DNA from: Pristiophorus japonicus
Taxonomy: Eukaryota
Assembly: GCF_044704955.1 (NCBI RefSeq)
Contig: NC_091984.1
Location: 178,374,001-178,438,000 of the forward strand
Reading direction: 5' to 3'
Length of the DNA: 64,000 nt
Every line of letters starts with the position of its first letter. Positions within the stretch are counted from its first letter, which is position 1. Below are positions 35,366 through 46,800 of the stretch, in pieces. A program made the translations under genes and the position numbers. Below the pieces are notes generated by a model, which did not search any database, was not told the DNA's origin, and saw nothing but the letters and a program-made list of their open reading frames with translations.

Positions 35366-38300
35366 TGATATGTCCTTACTATACAGTATAAATGCACACG
35401 AGGCCCATACTTGAGAGAAGGTCACTCTGTGACCAGTTATCTTTATTACCAATACCTCAAGTGATGAAGGTGGGTGGAGCTTCCCCTTTTATACTGGAAA
35501 GTCCAGGTTAGGAGTATCTCCCACAAGTTCACCCCTTGTGGTCAATGTTCTAAAGGTGCACAACTTAGGTCAGCTTATACATGGGTTACACTGAAAGTTG
35601 AATACATGACATTACCTCCCCGGCAAAGTCTTTTTGGGATCACAGGTTAAGTCTTTCTGGTGGTTTACGCTCCCTTGTAGAGTGCCTGAGTTTGGGCTCC
35701 GGTTGTTGGGCGCTGGCCTGAGTGTCTGCTGTTTGCGGTGCCTCAGGCCTGCCCGGACTGCCCACAGTGACTGGGCTCTCCTCCACTTGGTTCCAGTGTT
35801 CGGTCACCTGTAGTGGAGTAAACTCTACGCGTGTTCTTCCTCTGCTTCTTCTATGGGGTTGCTGAACCTCCTTTTAGTTTGATCCACGTGTTTGCGGCAG
35901 ATTTGTCCATTGGTAAGTTTAACTACCAAAAGCCTATTCCCCTCTTTGGCAATCACAGTGCCTGCAAGCCATTTGGGTCCTGCAGCGTAATTAACGACTA
36001 AAACAGGGTCATTGACATCAATACATCGCGCCCTCGCATTCCTGTCATGGTAGTCACATTGTGATTGGCGCCTGCTCTCAACAATTTCTTTCATAGTAGG
36101 GTGTATAAGGGATAACCTGGGTTTGAGCATGCTTTTCATTAGCAGCTCTGCGGGTGGAACCCCTGTGAGCGAGTGTGGTCGGGATCTATTGGCCAACAGG
36201 AGGTGTGATAAGTGGCTTTGTAGGAAACCCCCTTGGATTCTGAGCATCCCCTGTTTGATTATCTGCACTGCTCGTTCCGCCTGGCCGTTTGAGGCCGGCT
36301 TGAACGGTGCCGTTCTGACATGGTTGAGTCCATTGCCTGCCATGAAGTCCTGGAATTCAGTGCTTGTGAAGCATGGGCCATTGTCGCTGACCAAGACATC
36401 TGGTAGACCATGGGCGGCGAACATTGCCCGTAGACTTTCTACCGTGGCAGAGGATGTGCTTGAATTTAAAATGGCACACTCAATCCATTTGGAGTAGGCG
36501 TCTACTACAATCAAAAACATTTTTCCCATGAAAGGACCTGCGTAGTCTACATGGATGTGTGACCATGGCTTGGCGGGCCAGGACCAGGGGCTGAGGGGAG
36601 TTTCCCTGGGTGCGGTGCCCAACTGAGCACACGTGTTGCACCTGCGAACACAAAGTTCCAGCTCACCAAACTTTTGACCTGGCAATTGCCTTCATCATGA
36701 CAATGCCCGGGTGCTCATTGTGAAGTTCTCTGATAAACACCTCTCTGCCCATCTGGGGCATGACTACTCGGTTTCCCCACAGTAGGCAATCAGCCTGAAT
36801 CGAGAGTTCATCCTTGTGCTTATGAAACGTTTAAATTCCTCGGGGCATGGCTGCCCAGTCCCCATTCAGGACACATTTCTTAACTAAAGACAGTAGCAGG
36901 TCTTTATTTGTCCAGACTTTAATCTGATGGGCTGTCACAGGTGAGCCTTTGCTTTCGAAAGCTTCAACAGCCATGACCATTTCAACATCATGCTCAGGTG
37001 TCCCCTCAGTGGTGGCTAGTGGGAGCCTGCTGAGTGCATCTGCGCAGTTTTCAGTGCCCAGCCTGTGCCGAACTGTGTAGTCATAGGCGGCTAACGTGAG
37101 TGCCCACCTCTGTACGCGGGCCGATGCTTTCACATTTATGGCCTTGTTGTCGGCCAAAAGGGACGTTAGGGGTTTGTGATCTGTCTCCAGCTCAAATTTC
37201 CTGCCAAACAGGTACTGTGCATTTTTTTTACTGCATATACATATGCTAGCGCTTCCTTTTCTACCATCCCGTAGCCCCTTTCTGCCTGGGACAGACTTCT
37301 GGAGGCATAAGCTATCGGCTGTAACTGACCAATGGCATTCACATGCTGCAACACACACCCGACCCCATAGAATGATGCATCGCATGTTAAAACATGTTTC
37401 TTACATGGGTCATATAACGTTAACAGTTTGTTGGAGCATAACAAATTGCGTGCTCTATCAATAGCCCTTTCCTGGCTGTCCCCCCAGACCCAATCCCGAC
37501 CTTTGCGTAGGAGCACGTGTAGCGGCTCTAACAGTGTGCTCAATTTGGGAAGAAAGTTAGCAAAATAGTCCAGGAGCCCCAAGAACGAACGCAGCTCCAT
37601 TGTATTACGGGTTGTGGGTGCTCTCTAGATCGCTTCCATTTTGGATGCAGTAGGTCTGATCCTGTCTGTTGCTACCCTCCTCCCCAGGAATTCTACCTCT
37701 GGAGCTAAGAAGACGCACTTCGCCTTTTTCAGTCGCAACCCTACCCGGTCCAGTCTGCGTAGCACCTCCTCCAGGTTGTGGAGGTGTTCTTCAGTATCGC
37801 GACCTGTGATGAGGATGTCGTCTTGAAAAACCACCGTCCTTGGAATCGACGTGAGAAGGCTTTCCATATTTCGCTGAAAGTTCGCGGCGGCCGAACGAAT
37901 CCCAAACGGACATCTGTTATACTCAAACAATCCCTTGTGTGTCGTGATGGTGGTCAGCTTCTTCGACTCACTCGCCAGCTCCTGGGTCATGTAAGCTGAG
38001 GTCAGGTCCAATTTTGAAAAAGGTTTGCCACCGGATAGCGTCGCAAAGAGGTCCTCCGCTCTCGGTAGCGGGTACTGGTCTTGGAGTGACACCCGATTAA
38101 TGGTGGCCTTGTAATCACCACATATCCTGACCAACCCATCCGCCTTGAGCACCGGCACGATCGGGCTCGCCCAGTCACTGAATTCGACTGGTGAGATGAT
38201 GCCTTCCCTCAGCAGGCGGTCCAATTCGCATTCTATCTTTTCCCGCATCACATACAGCGCCGCTCTAGCCTTGTGGTATACTGGCCTGGCGTCCGGGTTT

Positions 38301-40085
38301 ATGTGAATCCCTACCTTGGCCCCCATGAAAGTGCCGATGCCAGGTTGAAATAATGAGTCAAATTTGCCCAGGACCTGTGAGCATGATACTTTCTCCACAG
38401 AAGAAATTGCATTGACATCGCCCCATTTTCAGTTCATGACAGTAAGCCAACTCCTCCCCAGCAGTGCGGGACCGTCCCCTGGGACAATCCAGAGTGACAA
38501 CCTGTTCTCCGAATCTTTGTGGGTCACGACTACTGTGGCGCTGCCTAGCACCGGAATGATCTCCTTTGTATATGTCCGTAGCTGTGCGTCAATCGGCAAT
38601 AATTTTGGCCTCCTGGTTTGGACACCCACAACCTTTCGAACTGTTTGATACTCATCAGGGACTGGCTGGGCCCCGGTGTCTAGCTCTATTAATACTGGGA
38701 TGCCATTGAGGAGCACTTTCATCATTATCGGTGGCGTCCAGGTATATGAACTGTATATATCCTCCACATGAACTCGCTGAACTTCAGCTTCCAGCGATTT
38801 CCCCTGGTATTCATTTGGCCTCGTAGGGTTTACATCGGGCCCGTCCTCCTCGTACATCAACCTGGCTGCAGGCTTCCTGCACGTACGCGCCAAGTGACCG
38901 CTGACGTTGCAGTTTCTGCAGGTATATTGCTGATACTGCAAGCTCTGACTGGGTGTTTGCCTCCACACCTCCAGCATGAGCTGGAGGCCCCGTTGTAGGA
39001 AACAAAAGATTCATTACCAGTCGATCTCTGACTGTCTCTGACTGTCTCTGTAACTGTCCTTAAGTGCACCATTAACAGGTGTTGATGGCCCCATTATCTA
39101 TTGCGATGGCATGAACTGCCATTCAGCTAACCATTGTCAGTGTTGAATTCCCCCTTGGGTTCGACTACATGATGGGGCATGTCCGATTGCCCTTGGCTGC
39201 CTAGAGAACTGTGTGCGTGTTAACAATGTTGACTCTCTGGTCGTTTGCCGCATTTGAGCCAAGATTTTTGTCATACAACATTCTGGTCTCTTCCTCCCCT
39301 GAGATAAATGCCTGGGCTATCAGAGCTGCCGCTTCCAAGGTTAAGTCTTTGGTCTCAATCAGTTTCCTGAAAGCCCCAGCGTGCCAGATGCCCTCAATAA
39401 AAAAGTCTCGCAGCATCTCCACTCTGCATGCATCTGGGACTTACATAGGCTCGCCAGTTGCTGGAGATCTGCCATGAAGTCCGGAATGCTTTGCCCTTCT
39501 CGCCGCCGGTGTGTGTAAAACCGCTGTCTCGCCATGTGCATGCTGCTCGCTGGTTTAAGGTGTTCCCTGATCAACTTACTGAGCTCTTCGAACGTCTTGT
39601 CCGCCGGCTTCTCTGGCGCTAGAAGGTCCTTCATCAGGGAGTACGTTCTGGATCCACAAACCGTCAGGAGACGAGTCCTGCGTTTGTCAGCCGAATCCTG
39701 TCCCAACCATTCCTTAGTGACAAAACTTTGCTGTAGTCTCTCAATAAAGTCGCCCCAATCATCACCAACACAGTACCTCTCTTCTGTGCTGCTAGTGGCC
39801 ATGCTCCCGTGGTTTAAATCCCAGTTTTTCATCGCCAATGATATGTCCTTACTATACAGTATAAATGCACACGAGGCCCATACTTGAGAGAAGGTCATTC
39901 TGTGACCAGTTACCTTTATTACCAAGACCTCAAGTGATGAAGGTGGGTGGAGCTTCCCCTTTTATACCTGAAAGTCCAGGTTAGGAGTGACTCCCACAAG
40001 TTCACCCCCTTGTGGTCAATGTTCTCAAGGTGTACAACTTAGGTCAGCTTATACATGGGTTACAATGATAGTTGAATACATGACA
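35366..40085 (-). mobile_element. Full-length decayed Gypsy (Mag-type) LTR retrotransposon
   Basis: LTRs 35366-35611 and 39839-40085 (TG...CA; about 11 substitutions + 1 indel by eye); 5-bp TSD GATAC; PBS TGGCGATGA (tRNA-Ser-like); purine tract beside the 3' LTR; PR-RT-RH-IN order. Confidence 0.95.
35825..39802 (-). pseudogene. Gypsy gag-pol, frameshifted
   Basis: Gag with two CCHC knuckles, protease LDTGA, RT FQDD, RNase H FELETDHKPL, integrase HVDYAGPF / VSDNG / SNGQAER, split over several frames. Confidence 0.9.
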
Positions 40086-40702
40086 GATACAAATTTGGCT
40101 GAGGGACAGAAAGCAAGGTGTTGTCGTGAATGGCTGTTTTTTGGACCGGAGGGAGATATACAGTGGAGTTCCCAAAGTTCAGTATTAGAACCAATTTTTT
40201 TTCTGATATACATTGATGACTTGGACTGGGGGGTACAGGGCACAATTTCAAAATTTGCAGATGAAGCAAAACTTGGAAGTGTAGTAAACAGTGACTGGGG
40301 TTGTTCTCCTTAGAGCAGAGAAGGCTTAGAGTAGATTTGATAGAGGTGTTTAAAATCATGAAGGTTCAGATAGAGTAAATAAAGAGACACTGTTCCAATG
40401 GTCAATAATGAAAGGGCACAGATTGAAGATAACTTACAAAAGAACCAGAGGCATTATGAGGAAAACCATTTTGATGCAACGAGTGGTTAGGATTTGGAAT
40501 GCACTGCCTGATAGGGTGGTGGATACAGATTCAATAGTAGCCTTCAAAAGGAAATTCGATAAGTACTTGAAGGAGAATGAATTTCAGGGATATGGGGAAA
40601 GAGCGGGGGAGTGGGACTAACAGGAGTGATCAAAAGAGCTGGCAAAGACTCGATGGGCCAAATTACCTCTTTCTGTGCTGTACTATTCTATGATTCTATG
40701 AT
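40086..40702 (+). mobile_element. CR1 3' part (begins at ~35163, split by the Gypsy)
   Basis: FLIYIDDLD..ISKFADEAKL, KGHRLKI; (ttctatga)n tail. Confidence 0.8.
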
Positions 40703-42505
40703 TCGTCAAACGCCTTTGAAAGTCCATGTATATAACATCAAACGCACTAGCCTTCTCAACCCTCTCCGTTACTTCATCAAAGTATTTGATCAAGTTAGTC
40801 AAACACGATTTGCCTTTAACAAATCCATACTGACTTTCATTGTCTCTAAAACTTTTCCCCACAGTTAGGTTGACTGCCCTATGACCTGACCGACCAGGCT
40901 TATGCTTCTTGCCTTTTTTAAACAGGGGTGTAACAATTTCTATACTCCAGTCTTCTGGCATCACTCCCATATCCAAGGAAAATTGTGGCCACAGCCGCCG
41001 CAATTTGATCCTTACTTCCCTCAGTAACCTAGGATGCATCCCATCAGAACGGATGACTTTTCGACTTTGAGGACTGCCAACCTTTTAAGCACCTCATTCT
41101 TATCTATTTCTACCCTATCCAATATCGCTACTGCAACCTCCTTTACTGCTAGATTGGCACCATCCTCTTCACTAGTGAAGACAGATGCAAAGTACTCATT
41201 TAGTACCTCAGCCATGCCCTCTGTCTCCTCAAGAAGATCTCCTTTTAGGCCCCACCTTTCTTTGACTACCTTTTTACTATTTATGTGTTTATAGAAGACT
41301 TTTGGGTTCCTTTTATGTTAGCCGCTAATCTATTCTCATACTATCCCTTTGTCCCTCATTCCCTTTTTTAGATTGCCTCTGTACTTTCTATATTCAGCTT
41401 GGTTCTCTACTGTATTATGAACCTTATAATTATCATTCTGTAACATTTTAATCTCTATGGGCTGGATTTTTGGCTCCTGACTGCCTCTGTTTTTGCCCCG
41501 GAGGAGCGGCAATGGCAGCGGTAAGCTCCTCTGGGTGGGCGGCCAGTTTCCAGCACCCTGCCGGAGTTTTCGGGGCCGGTTTTGGTGGAGCGCGGAGCAT
41601 TACCGCCCAGAAGAGGTGAGCCGGTGTTCAACGCCCCAGGTTGCGACACCGGATCAATTTTTGCCTCCCAACCGACCCGTAGCGCTGCGTAGAGCGCCGT
41701 GCTGGGACCACCTGTGAAAACGGGTGGTCCAACCTGTAGCAGCTGCAGTGAGGTAAGTAATGTCGACCTCAGGTAAGTTTGATTGGGTTTTTTTGCGATT
41801 TATGTTGTGGTGGTGTGAGTTATGTATCGGGAATGTTTTTGGTGTTTTTTTTTCAGGTTTTGTTTTCTCCCCAGGCCTCTCTCGGAGCGCTCCCAGGCCG
41901 GTTGTTTAGCTCAGGATTTTCACATGCTCAGGCGGCCTAGCGCCCTAAGAAAGGTGTGCAACCCTTCCCTTAGCGCTCCGCCCCACACTCAGGGCCCAGC
42001 TGCCCAATTTTGCTGACTGAGGCGCAAACTTTTCCAGGCGATATCAGGACCGCCCCACCGTCATTTATGTCCCAAAATCCTGAAAACTGAAAATCCAGAA
42101 CAATATCTTTCGTCATTCAGAGAGCTCTCGCTTTGGATGCCCTTTCTTTCCACCTCATTAGTCTACTTAGTAGCTGAACCATCTCCTCTTAGAAGGCCTC
42201 CCATTGTTTAATTACTGTTTTGCTTACCAACTTTTGATTCCAATCTACCTGGGCCAGATCCTTTTTCAACTCACTGAAGTTAGCCCTCCTCCAGTAAAGT
42301 ATTTTCACACGATTGTACTTTGTTATTTCCACAGCTTGATGATGTTATGATCACTGTTCCCAAAATGCTTTCCCACTGAAGCATGCTCCACTTGCCCCAC
42401 TTCATTCCACAGAATAGAAGCAACACTGCTTCCTTCCTCATTGGGCTGGAGACACACCGATCAAAAAAGTTCTCTTGTACAGATTTTGGGAATTCCTCCC
42501 CCTCT
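40703..42505 (-). mobile_element. CR1 LINE middle part, interrupted by a MITE
   Basis: MAEVLNEYFASVFT, HPRLLRE, PLFKKG, QYGFVKGKSCLTNL, YMDFQ. Confidence 0.8.
41459..42101 (+). mobile_element. Harbinger-type MITE
   Basis: Termini GGGCTGGATTTT...AAAATCCAGAAC; GC-rich, non-coding; related to 14736-15368. Confidence 0.7.
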
Positions 42506-42754
42506 TTGTCCTCTGTGCTATCAGCGCTGTGTCATGTTATGCCTGTTCACTTTGTGCTATCAGTCCTGTGTTATGTCTTTTCTGCTCACTCTGTGATATC
42601 AGTCCTGTGTCATGTCTTGTCTTTTCATGCTAAGATATCAGTCCTGTGTCATGCCTGCTCACTCTGTGATATCAGCCCTGAGTCACATCTACAGCTTTGT
42701 GAGATCAGCCCTGTGTCTTGTCTGCTCACTCTGAGAATCAGTTCTGTCTTCACA

Positions 42755-43850
42755 CTGAGGACACCCTCCATTGTGTGGCACTACCATCATGCTAAATGGG
42801 ATAGGTTCGAAACAGATCTAGCTCAAACTGGGCATCCATGAGGCGCTGTGGGCCATCAGTAGTGGCAGAATTGTATTCCACCACAATTTGTAACCTCATG
42901 GCGCTGCATATCCCTCACTTTACCATTACCATCAATCCTGGGGACCAAATCTGGTTCAATGAGAAGAACAGAAGAGCATGCCAGGGGACTCATTTCTCTT
43001 ATATGGAAGGAGTAGAGCATGCCAGGGGAGCTCAGAGACGCTGTAATCGGGACCATCTTCAAGAAAGGTGACAAGTCTGATTGCGGTAATTACAGAGGAG
43101 TTTCCCTGCTATCTGCCAAAGGGAAAGCCATTGCAAGAATCCTCCTCAATTGCCTTCTCCCAGTGGCTGAAGAGTTCCTCTCAGAGTTGCAATGTGGATT
43201 CCGCCCACTAAGGAGCACAATGGACATGATCATCACCGTGTGTCAAATCCAAGAAAAATGCAGGTAGCAGCATCAACCTCTGTACATGGCCATCAAGCCT
43301 GGGGACCAACTTTGGTTCAATGAGGAGCGCAGAATAGCATGCCAGGAGCAGCATCAGGCATATCTAAAAATGAGGTGCCAACCTGGGGAAGCTGCAACAC
43401 AAGACTACATGCATGCTAAACAGCGGAGGCAGCATGCTTTCGGCAGAGATAAGCGATCTCACAATCAACGGATCAGACCAAAGCTCTGCAGTCCTGCCTC
43501 ATCCAATCGTAAATGGTGGTGGACAATTAAACAGCTAACAGGAGGAGGAGCACCTTCCAAACCCATGACCTCTACCACCAAGAAGGACAAGGGCAGCAGG
43601 TGAATGGGAACAGCATCACCTTCAAGTTTCCCTCCAAATTACACACCATCCTGACTTTGGAACTATATTGCCGTTCCTTCATCGGCGCTGGGTCAAAATC
43701 CTGGAACTCCCTCCCTAACAGCACTGTGGGAATACCTTTACCACACAGACTGTAGCAGTTCAGAAAGGTGGCTCACCACCACCTTCTCACTGGCAATTAG
43801 GGATGGGCAATAAATGCCAGCGACGCCCACACCCCAGGAATTAATTTTTT
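42755..43850 (+). mobile_element. Composite LINE remnant (CR1/L2-group fragments with an RTE RT piece at ~42990-43290)
   Basis: IFKKGDKSDCGNYRGVSLLS..QCGFRP..QEKC (RTE); PGDQLWFNEE..KWWWTIKQL and 3' end gcaattagggatgggcaataaatg. Confidence 0.65.
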
Positions 43851-46800
43851 AAAATGTCCTGTGTTTTGTCTGCTCACTCTGAAATATTAATCCTGTATCG
43901 TGTCTACATACTCTGTGATATCCTTTTGTGTGATGTCTGTTCACTCTGTGATATCAGCCCTGTGTCATGTCTGCAACTTTATGAGATCACAGCTGTCTCA
44001 GTGTTGTCACTGGCCTTAACCCAACTCAGGATTTGGGACATTAATCTCGGCTGGTACTTCTCTGCATTATTGAGGAAGTGAGACAATGTCGGATGTGCAG
44101 CTTTCAGATGAGCTGTTGAACCAAGGCCCTTGCCTGTCTGTTCCAGTGATGGAGTACAATGTTCACCAAACAAGCAGTTCTCTTGTTTTCCTAATCAATA
44201 TTTCTCCATCCTAGAAGCGTGGATACCACAGAGAAACAGGACCGGTGAAATATAATGAGCTAAAACTGAAAGAGATGCACTCGATTTTCAAAGTTTAAAA
44301 CAGGATCAGAATTCGAAGACGTTTTAAAATTTTCTTTGTGCAACTATTGAGTTTGTGCACATGGAGAGTCTGTGAATAAAATTTAAACAAATAAAAATAG
44401 TTAAAATGAGGGTAGAATTCAACTGATTACATGTGAGTAATGGTTCCACTTTAATATTGGGCGGCATGTGAAGGGGGTAGAGCACAAAGTAAGTTAATAT
44501 GCCTTGGGCTTGTAAGCCTCTCAGCAGCCGAACAAGATTAGATCGTGAATGGCAGAGATCAGGGAGCCAGTCACCCACTCTAAATCGTGTGGTACAAGGA
44601 CCGCAGCAACGGTCTTAGTAAGGGCTAGATTTTACACTTTGTGCAGATCGCCCAAAAATGGGCGTTATTTCCGGTGTGAGCAGTAAAAATGGGTTTTCAG
44701 ATCGCTGGCTTCTCGCCCATTCTCAAAGCACCTAGTCTCCATTTTTGAAATTGGGCGTTACCGCAAGCGATATGAAATGGGCAGTAGAGTTAAATCTCGC
44801 TGACCTTCTACCGTAAGTGTCGCCGTCCTTAGCAATGGCATGGCAACGCTCAATTCCCGCAATTCAGGAGGTCAAGGGTCATCATGACATGCGCAGAAGA
44901 GGAGACAGAGAGAAAGGGAGCTGAGAGGGACTGAAGGCGAGTGTGGGTGTGGTGTGGCTGCTTTGGGAGGAAGGAGGGAGACTTTAGAGCTTTACAGAAA
45001 ATAGAGAAACAAAAATTAGCTGTTACCTGCCACATATTTGCCTAAATTTGGCCTATAATGGAGGGAGAGGAGGAGGCATCACAGCACGCTGTGGAGACTG
45101 ATGATGGAGAGAGCAGTGAGGTGGGAGAGGAGCACATTGGAGGGCGCAAAAGAGCGAGGAGGTTCTCAGACGAGGCAAATGCCTCCCTCCTGAAGGAGGT
45201 CAAGTTACGCTGGGGTGATTTGACACAGGGAGGGTGTGGGAAGCCCACCTCAAAGGCCTACCAGAAGAAATGGACCAAGATAGCAGAGGTGGTCGCGTTG
45301 GCGACCAACGAGGTGCATGAGGGCAACCAATGCCGCAAACGAGGGAACGACCTTGTGGGATCCGCAAGAGTAAGTATGATATTGATTTACATGACTTATG
45401 TATTTATATAATTTGATTTGTAACAGTCATGAGTGACTATCAGCAGATGTGAGGTCTTTCACTTTTAGCGGGAATGTTGTACTCAAAGCCTGCGGTCACG
45501 GTGCACATCTTTAGGTCAAGAATGATAATTATCTTAATAAGCATGATTACATCTGTCGGTTATATGTTGTATCAGTCTCTGTGACAGTACCTAGCAATGA
45601 TATCACGCAATTATCTCATGCCATGTCGTCCTGTCACCTTTTACAGAAGAAGCTATCGATGATGAGGTCCGTGCAGAGGCGAACGGGTGGGGGGCCATCA
45701 GTCCCCAGCAACATCACTGAGACAGAGGAACGGGTGCTCGCACTCATGGGGAAGCACCTCTGGACAGCCACGCAAGCAGCTGCAGACCCTGAAGTGATGC
45801 CACATGAGTAAAGCTTACACCATTGCATGATGTAAAGTCAATAGATGCCACACCCACTCATATCCGAACAATCATATATGATAGATGATTTCTAAAATTG
45901 TCCTAGAAATAATGCTGGCCTAATGAAAATCATTGCAATGCAAATATGTTGATGACCATGAAATGTGATGTCTGTGATGATTCTGATAGCGGTGGTGCTT
46001 TTGTTGTGTATATGCTGTGTGTAGCGCTGGACTCACCTTGTGACCCTAGCGCCCCCTTCTCCTCTAATAATCTCATTTGTGTTTTGCAGCTCAGCCAGCA
46101 GCGCGTCCCAAAGCAAGACCACACGGGCCAGTAGGTGGGGGCGTGAGGCCCGACTCTCCGGACGATCCTACATCTGGTGCTGAGGAGCTCCGATTCTCTC
46201 CCGTCAATCCGCTGGGTCTGTTCTCCACGGATGAGTGCGTGGATTTCTAGGAACCTGCATCGCCACGCTCCAGAAGCCATTCCACCCCAAGGCCATCTAG
46301 TGCTCCTCCGGTCATTCCCGTCTCCACTCTGGAGGTACCGGCCCCAAGCACCTCGCCACAGGGCACCCCATTTGTCCCCAGGACAGCGCCGATCCCACGG
46401 AGGCCTCGTGGATGCGGCAGCTCTGGTCCACGAGCGTCACATGAGAGCGGAGAGATGGTACAGTTGTCCAGGAGGACTGTAGACATTGGTGACCAGCTCA
46501 TCGAAGCATTGGGGGGCATATCCCGACAGCTGTCCACCATGACTGAGATGGCAGAGATCCTGGATGCGATAGCCAGGAAGACTGCTGGCACAGGCCTCCC
46601 AGTGTCCCAGAGCGCGGCACTCCAACCCTAGGTTCCACACCGCCACTGCGAACGACAGATGAGAACAAGGACCAAGATCCTGCTTCTGCATCAGAGAATG
46701 TTGCCCCCTCGCCACCTCTCCCGCTCCCATACCTATGCAACCATTGACTCTGCCTTCATCCCCCCCAATGAGGTATCGCCCAAGGAGCTCCTCGGCCAGG

